From Candidatus Bathyarchaeum tardum (lineage in GTDB: Archaea; Thermoproteota; Bathyarchaeia; Bathyarchaeales; Bathyarchaeaceae), in NCBI GenBank assembly GCA_024650005.2, contig CP122380.1, forward strand, positions 736,001-800,000: DNA of 64,000 nt. Direction: 5' to 3'. Below, one piece after another: positions 20,243-30,792 of the stretch. The notes under the pieces are model-generated. The model saw only the letters and a program-made list of their open reading frames with translations. It did no database searches and had not been told where the DNA came from. The translations under genes and the position numbers were made by a program. Every line of letters begins with the position of its first letter. The first letter of the stretch is position 1.

Positions 20243-21676
20243 TCAAAATTCAGGGTCTTTTGACCCTGTAAACATTTCTGGGAAACTTTTCTGTTTTCTG
20301 TTTCTTAAAAATAATGTCACGAAAACAACAGATGCTACTGCTATTGCAGCTACAGCAAGTATCCACAACGTTGCTGTGTTATCTTCTATTTGTTCGATAA
20401 CTGAGATCGTGATAATGTATGTACTATTTGCATTCTCATCGTCTGCTACAGTTAAGGTTACATTGTAATCTCCTTTTTCTAAAAATTTGTGTGTTGGAGT
20501 CTGGAGATTAGAGCTGTTTCCATCGCCAAAATCCCAGAGCCATGAAACAAGTTTATTTTCTGGGTCTGTTGAGTTGTCCAAGAACTGGATTTCTTTACCA
20601 ATTTGGAAGTCTGTGGTGTTACATTCAAAACATGCTTCTGGTGGCAAGTTTGTCATATTTAATGTTTGAGTTTTTGAGTCTTCTGCTCCTTGATTGTCTG
20701 TTACTGTTAGTGTTATTTGATATTCATTTTTTTCTTTGAATGTGTGGGTTGGGTTTTGTTCTGTTGAGTTTGTTCCGTCTCCGAAGTCCCAGAACCAGGA
20801 AGTTATTGTTCCATCACTGTCGTATGAGTGGTCAATAATGTTAATGCTATCATAGATGCTTGGGTTTTCAGGGGAAAATGTGAATGATGCTATTGGTGCT
20901 TTGTTCATAACCCTAATGATGCATGTATCTTCATCGGTAACACCTATGCTGTCTGTTATAATCAATTTGCATGTATAATTTCCATTTTGATTAAATCTGA
21001 ATGATGCAGTTTCTTTGTCCGCGTCAATAACTCCATCGCCATTAAAATCCCATTCCACCTTAACAATAGATGAACCCTCTGACGCCTTAGACAATGAAGC
21101 ATCAAAATTGACTAATTCTCTGACGCTAACTGTTTGATCCTCCCCAGCGTTTGCTACGGGGGCATCGTAATTATCAGAAATTACAAACCAAACAGTTGCA
21201 TCATTTTCGTTTAAATTTCCATCATAATCTCCTGAGGTTTTATAGTAACCGTCTTCAACGGTTATTTCTTCGCCACCTATCTCATTTGTTGCTAAATTGT
21301 ATACACAGTCAAATGCTGTGCCTAAACTGCTGATGTCAGCTGTTTCATATTTTCCCTGTTCACTCTTGTATACAGTTAATGTGATGTAGACATTTTGATT
21401 TTTTACAGTAAATGAGTCATCTCTGTCAATGATGATGTCATCACCGGTTTTTTGGCAGGTGTAATCTTGTGTTTGTGCATCTGTTATTTGGTCATTTACT
21501 GTTATGCTGTATTTCCAATAACTGTTGTATTCGCTACTTTGGGTCGCTTGAATTCTGTGAATCGTTACCCAGATGGTTGGATTAGATTCAGCTGCAGATA
21601 CAAAGCAGGTGAATGATCCTAAAATCATAATTGTTGAAACAAGTGTTGTTAGTATAATTCCTTTTGTTTTTATCAT
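20243..21676 (-). CDS. Secreted PKD-domain surface protein
   Basis: Signal peptide, three PKD repeats (WDFxGDG, TLTVxD), C-terminal TM followed by RNRK. Confidence 0.88.
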   Translation of the reverse strand: MIKTKGIILTTLVSTIMILGSFTCFVSAAESNPTIWVTIHRIQATQSSEYNSYWKYSITVNDQITDAQTQDYTCQKTGDDIIIDRDDSFTVKNQNVYITLTVYKSEQGKYETADISSLGTAFDCVYNLATNEIGGEEITVEDGYYKTSGDYDGNLNENDATVWFVISDNYDAPVANAGEDQTVSVRELVNFDASLSKASEGSSIVKVEWDFNGDGVIDADKETASFRFNQNGNYTCKLIITDSIGVTDEDTCIIRVMNKAPIASFTFSPENPSIYDSINIIDHSYDSDGTITSWFWDFGDGTNSTEQNPTHTFKEKNEYQITLTVTDNQGAEDSKTQTLNMTNLPPEACFECNTTDFQIGKEIQFLDNSTDPENKLVSWLWDFGDGNSSNLQTPTHKFLEKGDYNVTLTVADDENANSTYIITISVIEQIEDNTATLWILAVAAIAVASVVFVTLFLRNRKQKSFPEMFTGSKDPEF

Positions 21677-21881
21677 TTCTTTTTCGCCTCAGAATTTGTG
21701 ACAAGACACTTCCATCAAAAAACGATATAACCTTTATGAAATACACGTTTTTTATAAATTATCTTAGTATGCGTTTACTTATATATTTTATTTGTTCCTT
21801 TTTGTAAAAATAAAATATTTAATTTAATAATAAAAAAATATGAAAAAAAGGAAAGGGGTTTTTTGTTAGCCCCTTGTGTAA

Positions 21882-23588
21882 TTAATCTGTTTCGTTTACT
21901 TTGGTATTTCTAAGCATTATTCCCGCAACAATCTTGATTGTAGCTGCCACAATGAACATGTACGCGCCAATGCCTAAGCCCCAACTTATGCTTGCAGTTC
22001 CATTGGAGTCTATTGCCTGGGTTATATTTCCTCCAAATGGAGATGATGAAATCGCTGAAACAATATCTGCTACTTGGGGAGGTAATACTAGTCCGCCTGA
22101 AAACGCTCCTGCAACTGATTCAATCAATACGGTCAAGGAAATCACGGCTCCTAAAATGAGGATTGCTGGAATTAATGAAGTAATGCCGCTTATTATGTAA
22201 CTTTTTGAAAGGCTGCTTGGTTTTTCTGCTGCGATTATATCTAATGCATTAAGCAGTACACTGGAAAGAAAGATTATGCTGAACGGGATTGCTATTCCAA
22301 ACAATGGAGTTAAGCCCTGATTGCCTTGAAGCATGTTAACTCGCAGTCCGTTAACCCCGTCAAGTGTAACAATTTCTACTGTGCCTTCAGTGCTCAGCAT
22401 TGTTGTTTGAATGTTTCCTGTGCATGTATACCAGGGCAAAAACAGGGCAACAAGATAAACTATTACTCCTGCTAGTCCTAGAATTACAAATATTGATGCT
22501 TTTGAACGAATCATTTTTAGTATTCCGAGTTTTCCATTTTTCTTGTTTTTTATTATCTTCCATGCTTTGAATCCAACGCGTATCACCAGAATTATTGCAA
22601 AAATGTAAAGGAAATAATACGCAAACATGCTAGCAGTGAACCAAGTTTGGTCTACTTGAAAGGTCTCATTTCCCCATGAAACTGGATTAAACCATTTATC
22701 TGTGTTCTCTCCATGTCCTGGACCGTTTGGACCTGCAAAACCCATATAGGCATCTGCTAATTCAGTCCAGTCGCCCCATCGCCCTCCAAATGCAAGCCAA
22801 TTTTGGGATGCTGGATGATTGCCTGTTCCCATTTCTCCTAAAAGTATTGTTTCTAGGTCTTCGGGGTTTAGTGTGTAATCGTTTCCTACCGTGTCACTTT
22901 CAAGACCAAGTTTGCCTTGGTAATATCTGAAGTAGTTAGCATGGGAACCTAACGCAACGTAAACTCGCGGATGTGTTCCATCTACTTTTTCTACATCTCG
23001 CCATTGAGCAATTTGTCCTGAATGATGTTGTGAATAAACTGCATACAATGGGGTTTCACTTGAATCCAAAACTATTTGTATCATTTCCCAGTCCCCTTGA
23101 TGCTGGTTTAGACTTCCAGGGTTGTAAGCATAAAAGAACCAGTACTGGACTACAATGTATTGTGCATCTGAAGTAACGCGGGCGTAAATTTTATCTCCGT
23201 AGATTTCTCGGTTTTGTTCATAATTTTGGGCTATTGCTTCGTAGGATCCTAAAGTGTTGTTCAAGAAGTAACTCTCTGTGGTGTACTGGGCAATGCTTGC
23301 TATTGTTGGGGAATTATCAACTAGAATGTTTGTTTCGCCAGATTTCATGTAAAGCTCAGAATTTTGAATGTGGTAATTTGGATCAGTTGGGAAAAATTTT
23401 TCACCGGATGCAAAATGCAGAACTGGTTTAAATTTTGCAGCCAATTCATTTTCCTTTGCGTCAGAAATTCCGTCATTGTCTGAATCTTGTTGTGCTAAAA
23501 CTCCGGTAATTGGGGACACAACAAGCAAAGCAGTAACCAATAGTACACATAAAAACATGAATTTTTTTTTCATAACCTTAAACACCAT
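21882..23588 (-). CDS. Membrane protein with extracellular Vps62/NPP1-like domain
   Basis: Signal peptide; motifs QYWFFYAYN, HQGDWE, YSQH, VYVALGSHANY, GGRWG; several C-terminal TMs. Confidence 0.65.
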   Translation of the reverse strand: MVFKVMKKKFMFLCVLLVTALLVVSPITGVLAQQDSDNDGISDAKENELAAKFKPVLHFASGEKFFPTDPNYHIQNSELYMKSGETNILVDNSPTIASIAQYTTESYFLNNTLGSYEAIAQNYEQNREIYGDKIYARVTSDAQYIVVQYWFFYAYNPGSLNQHQGDWEMIQIVLDSSETPLYAVYSQHHSGQIAQWRDVEKVDGTHPRVYVALGSHANYFRYYQGKLGLESDTVGNDYTLNPEDLETILLGEMGTGNHPASQNWLAFGGRWGDWTELADAYMGFAGPNGPGHGENTDKWFNPVSWGNETFQVDQTWFTASMFAYYFLYIFAIILVIRVGFKAWKIIKNKKNGKLGILKMIRSKASIFVILGLAGVIVYLVALFLPWYTCTGNIQTTMLSTEGTVEIVTLDGVNGLRVNMLQGNQGLTPLFGIAIPFSIIFLSSVLLNALDIIAAEKPSSLSKSYIISGITSLIPAILILGAVISLTVLIESVAGAFSGGLVLPPQVADIVSAISSSPFGGNITQAIDSNGTASISWGLGIGAYMFIVAATIKIVAGIMLRNTKVNETD

Positions 23589-23677
23589 AAATTTGTTTCA
23601 AACAGTAAAAATCTATTTACCTATAAATTTTCTTGACGATTTGCCTATGACCGCTAGAAATATTGTTTTTTAGAGTC

Positions 23678-24043
23678 TTATTCTTTCATGGGTTCTGTTT
23701 TTTTAATCGGGGCTTTTTTATTTTTAATAAAACGTGGACTAAAATAGAGCAAAACTGCTATCACCGTTAAAACAATGGCTGCAATTATTACTAGCTGGGA
23801 TTTTATCATTCCATTTAACAAGAGCAACGCAACTACAATCCACGCCAAAATTGCAGCAACTGTTCTTATTTGTATCTGTAGCGCCTCCTTTCTGTTGTTA
23901 ACTTTGTTTTGGGCTATAACTCTTCTCTGTCTATTTCTAGTTAGGCTTTTGTTAATCTGTGTTGAATTCTTTTCATGCTCTTTGCAATGATGCTGTAAAA
24001 CGAATGGACCGTAATTTGAGCGAAAACTAGGAAAAAACGACAT
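23678..24043 (-). CDS. Small two-TM hypothetical membrane protein (start uncertain)
   Basis: Two hydrophobic helices and a basic tail. Confidence 0.4.
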   Translation of the reverse strand: MSFFPSFRSNYGPFVLQHHCKEHEKNSTQINKSLTRNRQRRVIAQNKVNNRKEALQIQIRTVAAILAWIVVALLLLNGMIKSQLVIIAAIVLTVIAVLLYFSPRFIKNKKAPIKKTEPMKE

Positions 24044-24088
24044 TAAAATATGTCTTAATGATATAACAGGACAAGAGGTGTGGATAAT

Positions 24089-25228
24089 ATGACTGATGCT
24101 GAAAGTGAACGAGTTGTAATCCGCGGTCTGAGGGATGTTGCTGCTGCTACAACTCAGATTAGTTTTGTAGCCCCTCGGGGAATTTTGTATTATTCAGGTT
24201 ATAATATAGATGATCTTGTAGATCAAGCAAGTTACGAAGAAGTAATTTATCTTCTGCTAAATAATAAGTTGCCTACAACTAATGAGTTAACTGAATTGCG
24301 CTCTCATCTTTTCTCTGAAATGAGGTTGCCTCTCCCTGTTGTCAACCGAATCAGAAATGCTTCAACTAGTTGCCATCCTATGGAGGTATTGCGCACTGAA
24401 GTTTCACATCTTGGAGAGTTTGATCCTGAACCAGACGACACTTCTGATGAAGCTAACAAAAGAAGAGCTGTTCGCATAATTGCCAAAGTTCCTACAATAA
24501 TCTCATTTTTGTACCGAACTCGCATGAACCAAGATGCCGTTGTCCCAATTAAAGGAAATAGTTTTGCTGAAAACTTTTTGTTCATGTTCCGTGGACGCCC
24601 TGCTGATGAGCAAGAAAAAACTGCTATGGAGCGTTACATGATACTGCATGCAGACCATGGACTTAATGCGTCTACTTTTGCTGCTCGTGTTACTGCTGGT
24701 ACTGGTTCCGACTTGTATTCTGCTGTGACTTCTGCTGTGGGGACTCTGAAAGGGGAATTTCATGGTGGAGCCAGTGAGCGGGTCATGAAAATGTTGTATG
24801 AAATAAACAGCATAGACGAAGTTGAAGAATACATTCAAACTATGCTTGATGATAAAAAGAAAATCATGGGTTTTGGCCATCGAGTCTATGAAACAGAAGA
24901 CCCCCGTTCAAAACATCTCAGAGTAATAGCTGAACAGTTGTGCCACCAAAAAGACACTTTAGAAATTTACAACAAATGCAAAAAAATTGAACAAACAGTT
25001 CACGATAAAAAAGGAATCTTTCCCAATGTAGACTTTTATGCTGCCCTTGTTATGCACGCTTTGGGTGTTCCACGAGAGTTCTTTACTTCCTTCTTTGCAT
25101 GTAGCAGAGTCACTGGATGGGTTGCACACACATTAGAGCAATATTCTGATGCTGTCTTGATTCGCCCAACATCAAAATACATCGGCGCCTTTGGACGAGA
25201 GTTTGATCCAATCGAAAAACGATCTTGA
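24089..25228 (+). CDS. Citrate/2-methylcitrate synthase
   Basis: Motifs HADHGLNASTF, HGGA, MGFGHRVY, DPR, PNVDFY and R..GW.AH. Confidence 0.93.
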   Translation: MTDAESERVVIRGLRDVAAATTQISFVAPRGILYYSGYNIDDLVDQASYEEVIYLLLNNKLPTTNELTELRSHLFSEMRLPLPVVNRIRNASTSCHPMEVLRTEVSHLGEFDPEPDDTSDEANKRRAVRIIAKVPTIISFLYRTRMNQDAVVPIKGNSFAENFLFMFRGRPADEQEKTAMERYMILHADHGLNASTFAARVTAGTGSDLYSAVTSAVGTLKGEFHGGASERVMKMLYEINSIDEVEEYIQTMLDDKKKIMGFGHRVYETEDPRSKHLRVIAEQLCHQKDTLEIYNKCKKIEQTVHDKKGIFPNVDFYAALVMHALGVPREFFTSFFACSRVTGWVAHTLEQYSDAVLIRPTSKYIGAFGREFDPIEKRS

Positions 25229-25244
25229 ACTCTTGTTTCCTCTA

Positions 25245-26081
25245 TTATTTTTTATACAGCTCTTTTAGTTTCTCCAAGTTTCCTATATCATCACGTCTGT
25301 CATCTATTGGAGTTTCCATTATAATTGGCAAAGTACGCAACTTGCTTGCAAGGATGTTTCTAAAACCATCTTCTCCTATCTTTCCCATTCCAATGTGGTC
25401 ATGGCGGTCTATTCGAGAATTCAAATCTCCTTTTGAGTCATTAAGGTGAACGAGTTTAAGCTTTTCAAACCCGAAGGTCTCTTCAATATTAGTTACTGTT
25501 TTTTCTACTGCTTCTTTTGTTCTAAAATCATACCCTGCTGCAAAAGCGTGACTGGTATCAAAACACACCCCAACCTGTTCCGGGTGATCTACTTCTTTTA
25601 TAATCTCTTGAATTTGTTCCAAGGTGTTTCCCATGCTGTTTTTTGTTCCAGCAGTGTTTTCTAACAAAAGCATAACTTCATCGGTCAAAGTGAGTGCTTG
25701 ATTGATAGCATGGATCAATCTTTCAAAACCAATTTGCATACCTGCTCCAAGATGGCTACCTAGATGAGTAACTAAATACGGAATTTCTAATAGTTCACAT
25801 CTTTTCAGTTCTGAACCAAGGGTTTTAACAGATTTTTCGTAGACATCATCTTTAGGGGACGCCAAATTTGGTAGATAAGGCATATGAGCAAAAACTGGCT
25901 GGATATTGTTTTCTTTCACTTTATCAGAAAACTTTTTGGCAATTTCGGAGTCAAGATTAGTTGAATACCATTGTCTGGGACTTCTGGTGAAAATTTGAAA
26001 AGTCGTACACCCTAGTTTAACTGCTCGGTCTACTGCCATGTCAACTGAACCTGAAATCGAAACATGAAACCCAAACTTCAA
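25245..26081 (-). CDS. nfo: Endonuclease IV
   Basis: Motifs GFHVS, QIFTRSPR, HMPYLPNLAS, LENTAG, DTSH, HLNDSK, DRH and METP. Confidence 0.95.
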   Translation of the reverse strand: MKFGFHVSISGSVDMAVDRAVKLGCTTFQIFTRSPRQWYSTNLDSEIAKKFSDKVKENNIQPVFAHMPYLPNLASPKDDVYEKSVKTLGSELKRCELLEIPYLVTHLGSHLGAGMQIGFERLIHAINQALTLTDEVMLLLENTAGTKNSMGNTLEQIQEIIKEVDHPEQVGVCFDTSHAFAAGYDFRTKEAVEKTVTNIEETFGFEKLKLVHLNDSKGDLNSRIDRHDHIGMGKIGEDGFRNILASKLRTLPIIMETPIDDRRDDIGNLEKLKELYKK

Positions 26082-26180
26082 TAAGACCAACTCAACAAGT
26101 TCGCACTTCATTCGCAGGTAAAAACCTTTATTCTTCGCTATTGACTCGTCAATGCTTTTAGTTAAGGGTTCATGGTTTGT

Positions 26181-26970
26181 CTACTGTCTGGCTAATTGAT
26201 GAGAGTATTTTTTTCTAGCAATTAGAGCAACTGCGGCAATTATCCCAAATATTGGCAGAATCATCCAAGTTGAAAATTCTGGAATTTAATTTCGTGGATC
26301 AAAAGGCTGCAAATATGGTTCCTCAAGGTCTCCACCTATGGCGTATCCTGCTTGTTCCCAGAATCCTCTGAAGTTTTCATTATCTGATAAGGCAATTCCG
26401 GTTATCCATTTTATCCATTTGTATCCCCATTTGCTTTCTGCTACTAACTGGAACGGGTATCCCCTTTCCGGTGGAAGAGTCACGTTGTTCATTTTGTATG
26501 CAATCATTATGTGATTGTCAAAAATGTAATCTAAGGACAAGGAAGTGCTGTATCCGTCGTAAGCATAGAAAATTACTGCAGTTGCATTGGGGTCAACTTC
26601 AGCATCTTCCAATAAATCTTCAAAAAGGATTCCTTCCCACAGAATGTGTGCTCTCCAGCCTTCTACACAGAATAATGTGACAACTTTTTTGTAATTTTGA
26701 AAACCATTTACCACTTCGTCGTAGGTAAACTCTAGTTCATTCTCAACTAAGCCGCCAATTCTTAGACGGTAGGTTTCGTTATCAACGTATTGTGGACCTT
26801 ATCGAGTTTTCTCGAAAAGCGTCAATTGAAGAAAGATTCTCTCCTTGGTATTGTCGGACTTCCACTTCGCCAAGGTCGGTTGGTGTTCCATATGTTACAG
26901 TAACGGGGTTTATCGCAAGGGTTAAAATTAATCCGAATAACATTAGAATTGTTGTGGATTGTTTTTTCAT
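26181..26970 (-). pseudogene. Secreted sulfite-oxidase-like molybdopterin oxidoreductase with PEF-CTERM tail, disrupted
   Basis: Signal peptide from ATG 26970. Frameshift at about 26800 (ENSI|GPQYVD). Motifs CVEGW, DGYSTSL, GYPFQL, WGYKWIKW, GFWE. In-frame TAA at 26286-88 directly precedes IPEFSTWMILP...RKK. Confidence 0.8.
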
Positions 26971-27285
26971 AAATTTATTACCCCCCAGTAATATGACATA
27001 CGTCATGTTTATAAACTTATCAGAAAGATTACACAATTAGCAACTAAATCGGCATGCTCAACTAAATTGTTGATCAATTGTGACTGGTTATGATGTATCT
27101 TCTGGGATTTAGTCATCCTCAGCAGTTGCAATAATCCCATTAAGAAGCTTGACTAAAAGTTTTCTTTTCTTTATTCCCCTACAAAAAATTCAATATCCAT
27201 ACATTAAATCTAAAATAGGGAAAAAAAGCTATTTTGGTGAAAAACCATGAAAAAAGAACTGTTTTATAAATAATTGTTAAAAATG

Positions 27286-28527
27286 TTAGGAATCAGCTGT
27301 TTTAGAAAGTCTTTTTTTGTAAATAATGCTCATCAAGGTTGCCCCTAATAGCAAGGGTACAATTGTCCATGGGGTAAACTCTGGAATAATGCCCTGTTCA
27401 TTTGTCTTGATTAACAAAAAATCAGAGCCTCCAGCACCAAAAGAACTTGTTTCTCCTGCTATTGCATATCCGCCATCAGATGTCGCAACCAACGAATGAG
27501 CAATGTCGTCCCCTGCTCCACCATATGTTTGATTCCACTCTATATTCCCATTAGCGTCAGTTTTTACCAACCAACAATCATAGCCCCCCGCACCAAAGGA
27601 ATTTGTTTGCCCCGCTAAAACAAATCCTTCATCTATCGTTTCAACCAAAGAACTAGCTAACTCGTCATAATTGTCATATAATCCACCGTAGTTTTTGCTC
27701 AATTTCATCAACCCATTCTCGTCAGTTTTAACCAACCAACAGGCACGAGCAGTCCAGAACCCAGAGGAGCCTGCTATTGCATATCCTCCCTCAGACGTCT
27801 CAACTACCGCTTTAGCATAATCTACCTCTTTGCTATATGTTCGGTTCCACTCAATGTTCCCGTATGCATCGGTCTTGATTAAATAAAAATCAGCTTCAGC
27901 ATAATTAATCTTAATGTTTGTTCCGCCAACTATCGCGAATCCCCCATCAGATGTCGTAATTAAATAACGAGCTGACAATCCAGAATATGTTTTATTCCAT
28001 TCCATGTTGCCATATGCATCAGTCTTCACCAACAGTTTACCACCAGCTATTGCATATCCTCCCTCAGATGTTTCAACCAACGAATGAGCAATGTCGTCCC
28101 CTGCTCCACCATATGTTTGATTCCACTCCATATTCCCATCAGCGTCGGTTTTTATTAGCCAACAATCAGCAGAGCCTGCCCCAAAAGAGTAAGTATACCC
28201 GGCTAGGGCATATCCTCCGTCAGGTGTCTCAACTAATGAATAAGCCACATCATAATTTACTCCCCCATAGGTTTTGTTCCACATCATGTTTCCATTAGCG
28301 TCAGTTTTTACTAACCAACAATCAGCAGAGCCTGCCCCAAAAGAGTAAGTATACCCCGCTAGAGCATATCCTCCATCAGAAGTCTCAACCAACGAATAAG
28401 CAATATCATCATCTGCTCCACCATAAGTTCTACTCCACATTACCGAAGATGCATCAACCAAACTAATTATCGGGAAACTGAGCAAAATACACATTACGCT
28501 TGCAAAAAGCAGCTTCTTACACAACAT
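27286..28527 (-). CDS. Secreted beta-propeller repeat protein with PEF-CTERM
   Basis: Repeats WxxTYGGxxxDxAxSLVETSDGGYAxAG; C-terminal IPEF, TM and KKR. Confidence 0.85.
   Translation of the reverse strand: MLCKKLLFASVMCILLSFPIISLVDASSVMWSRTYGGADDDIAYSLVETSDGGYALAGYTYSFGAGSADCWLVKTDANGNMMWNKTYGGVNYDVAYSLVETPDGGYALAGYTYSFGAGSADCWLIKTDADGNMEWNQTYGGAGDDIAHSLVETSEGGYAIAGGKLLVKTDAYGNMEWNKTYSGLSARYLITTSDGGFAIVGGTNIKINYAEADFYLIKTDAYGNIEWNRTYSKEVDYAKAVVETSEGGYAIAGSSGFWTARACWLVKTDENGLMKLSKNYGGLYDNYDELASSLVETIDEGFVLAGQTNSFGAGGYDCWLVKTDANGNIEWNQTYGGAGDDIAHSLVATSDGGYAIAGETSSFGAGGSDFLLIKTNEQGIIPEFTPWTIVPLLLGATLMSIIYKKRLSKTADS
27486..28356. repeat. Identical intragenic repeats: 55 bp (27486-27540 = 28074-28128) and 42 bp (28159-28200 = 28315-28356)
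   Basis: Direct comparison of the propeller-blade coding sequences. Confidence 0.8.
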
Positions 28528-28572
28528 CCAATTCCCCTGAATATATTCTATAATATCAACTTAAACATTTTT

Positions 28573-28594
28573 TTGTCAAGAAACCTTGACTAAA
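28573..28594 (-). promoter_or_regulatory. Palindromic GTCAAR-N4-CTTGAC site upstream of the promoter
   Basis: tttagtcaaggtttcttgacaa on the minus strand; 21/22 identical to 37900-37921. Confidence 0.55.
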
Positions 28595-28719
28595 GAAAAT
28601 GAAGTAAAAATTCATAATTTAAACACATTTTAGCTTATATAATGTCAATGTTTACATTATTTAATTTTTAAACTTTTTAAAATTACCTAAACACAAAAAG
28701 AGGGGAAGTATATTTATTG

Positions 28720-29391
28720 CTATCTCACTATTAGTTGAAATCGGTTATTTTGTGATAGTTTATCTATTGGCACTAACTCATTTTTTAGAAAGCCACTGTC
28801 GTATTCTTGGAGTTGAATTTGTGATTTGTGGTTTATGCATATCGCGTCTCGTCGAATTGAGATGGCTCCGTTCGTAATTGTTACGAAACCGATTCTGTAG
28901 AAAGTAACCGAAATATTGTTTGGTTTCCCAGCACTCCAAAGACCAAGACCGTTTTTGTAGTTAGTGAAAGTTCCATAAGATCCGACTTTTGCACTTAATA
29001 TGGATTCATCAGCAGTCCAATTATGTCGGAAGTTACCGCTGACGCCATCGCGGAGAGTCCGGTCGATTAAATCGTATACACCCTCAGTTAGGATATTTAA
29101 TTCAGCATCGGAGAAAGAAGGAATGACATTTGTTCCTGTGAAGAAAATGAAGTTTTCAGCAGATCCTTTGTCTGATTCAATCTTTACATTAAAAACTTCG
29201 AGAAAGGCGTCGCACACTATATTTTTCACAGTGGGTCGTGAAATGTTAAAGTAGACAGTGGACGGATATTGACTTATTGGTGACAATAAAATTCCATTAG
29301 AATCAATTACCGTAGAGTTCTGATTACCCTTTCCTACATAGGCATATGTTGGATCCAAATTGAACTGTTTTGGTGTGGATTCTATTGTCAC
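28720..29391 (-). CDS. Hypothetical protein, translationally coupled to the upstream gene
   Basis: GTG start overlaps the TGA of 29388-30353; 223-aa ORF. Confidence 0.6.
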   Translation of the reverse strand: MTIESTPKQFNLDPTYAYVGKGNQNSTVIDSNGILLSPISQYPSTVYFNISRPTVKNIVCDAFLEVFNVKIESDKGSAENFIFFTGTNVIPSFSDAELNILTEGVYDLIDRTLRDGVSGNFRHNWTADESILSAKVGSYGTFTNYKNGLGLWSAGKPNNISVTFYRIGFVTITNGAISIRRDAICINHKSQIQLQEYDSGFLKNELVPIDKLSQNNRFQLIVR

Positions 29392-30353
29392 TCAGTCCAA
29401 GATTCGAAGTCATATCTTTCTTCATCGATCCAAACGTCCCAGTCCATATAACCCGGGGCATCATAAACTTCGTAGCCAATGTTTTGGTTCCAGTTAACCC
29501 AACTGTAGTAATAATTGCTCAGATAGTTGTCATGGAATTTACAACCCGAGTTTTCTGTAAAAACGCCAGTATCAGAAAATATTTCGTTGGCATCATTAGC
29601 TTCATTCCCTCTAGCTATTAAGTGTCCATTCCGTTTCCAATTCCAATTTAAATAAATGTCGTACCAATAACCACCGAAACTACTATCATATGTACCATTC
29701 AGCACTATAGAATATGCGTCCGCTGTGTTCATATTCGTTTTTATGCCATGGAAATCCCAGTTAGAGCCATCAATTTGTTCATCGCTGTCGTAAGTGAAGT
29801 ACCAAACATACGCACTTGTATTCCAAGCTGCGACACCTATTTCTGTCCACTCATAATATGGGTGGGGTCTTCCAAGGTGCGTAGTAACGTAATGAGTATG
29901 CGTTTCATCATCGTCTATAGGCATGCTTCCAGGATACATGTAATTCCCTATTCCAGTGTAATCCCACGTTGGAGTGGCAAAGGCCACGCTTTTCTGGATA
30001 GTAGATCGAGAACTAGAACTGGCGGGCATCGATTTAGTACGGGGCAGACCTTTTAATTCCTCTGGCGACGGACTCTTGCCGATTATACCCGTTGCGCCTG
30101 ACTTTGGGTCCCAACCCATACCAAGTTTTCTAAGTTCCTCGGTTATTTGTGCATCTGTCATGCCTTTTGCTCTAAATTCCGCAATTTTTGGTTCCACAGG
30201 ATTAACATGGTTCTTAGTTGGCCATGGGTTAGCATTTGATGTGGAAAAAGTAGCTAGTACTATGGGCATTGCCAATGTTGAAGAAATCAATGAAAAAACA
30301 GCTAGAAGCAAAAACCATTTTTTTCCAATAGAGATACCTGTTTTTGTATTCAT
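29388..30353 (-). CDS. Secreted protein, possibly a neprosin-like glutamic peptidase with pro-region
   Basis: SD aggagg before ATG 30353; signal peptide; low-complexity pro-region; aromatic beta-rich domain with WTEIG and a later NEIF. Confidence 0.6.
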   Translation of the reverse strand: MNTKTGISIGKKWFLLLAVFSLISSTLAMPIVLATFSTSNANPWPTKNHVNPVEPKIAEFRAKGMTDAQITEELRKLGMGWDPKSGATGIIGKSPSPEELKGLPRTKSMPASSSSRSTIQKSVAFATPTWDYTGIGNYMYPGSMPIDDDETHTHYVTTHLGRPHPYYEWTEIGVAAWNTSAYVWYFTYDSDEQIDGSNWDFHGIKTNMNTADAYSIVLNGTYDSSFGGYWYDIYLNWNWKRNGHLIARGNEANDANEIFSDTGVFTENSGCKFHDNYLSNYYYSWVNWNQNIGYEVYDAPGYMDWDVWIDEERYDFESWTE

Positions 30354-30792
30354 TTGTTTTTTCCTCCTTTTTATTTTCAACACGGCTTTTAATCCCCGTG
30401 TGATCTCTTTCTGCCCTTCACTTGGGGCTAGGGCGGTGACGCACCTCCGAAACATTTGTTTCGCTTCAAGTAGGAAAAATCAGTTAACACGATCTGACAA
30501 GAAGCATCAATTTATTTTGTAGGAAAACTTTGATTCCTAAGTGCGAACAGTAGCATACAAGGCAACATAGTCTTTTTCCCCAAATTCCTTATGCCAAAAC
30601 TTTGATATAAATTTTTTGTAAAAAAGATTTATAGATGAACAAAAAATAACAAAAGTACTAAACAATTGTTTAACTAAAATTTAATGAATAATTGATAAAT
30701 ATTAAAATTTTTGCAACGTTTGTCAATTCAACAAAGACACTAACGCAACATTCAGAAGCGACATTTTATGAATAAATAATTCAAAAATGTTC
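30352..30792 (-). repeat. Copy A of a ~440-bp promoter+leader cassette
   Basis: Reverse complement of 38878-39316; 30594-30761 is identical to 38913-39080. Confidence 0.9.
30428..30568 (-). other. uORF copy A, ending KCFGGASPP* (internal TAA at codon 19; GTG restart gives 20 aa)
   Basis: Colinear with the uORF at 39106-39246, with no indels. Confidence 0.45.

Noticed and set aside
27486-28356. Identical repeats as a DGR template/variable pair or a CRISPR array
   Set aside because: They are in-frame propeller blades, with no adenine-specific differences, no reverse transcriptase and no spacer pattern.
30354-30455. N-terminal extension MFRRCVT... of ORF 29388-30455
   Set aside because: A strong SD and signal peptide point to ATG 30353, and this frame is not fused to the downstream gene in copy B.
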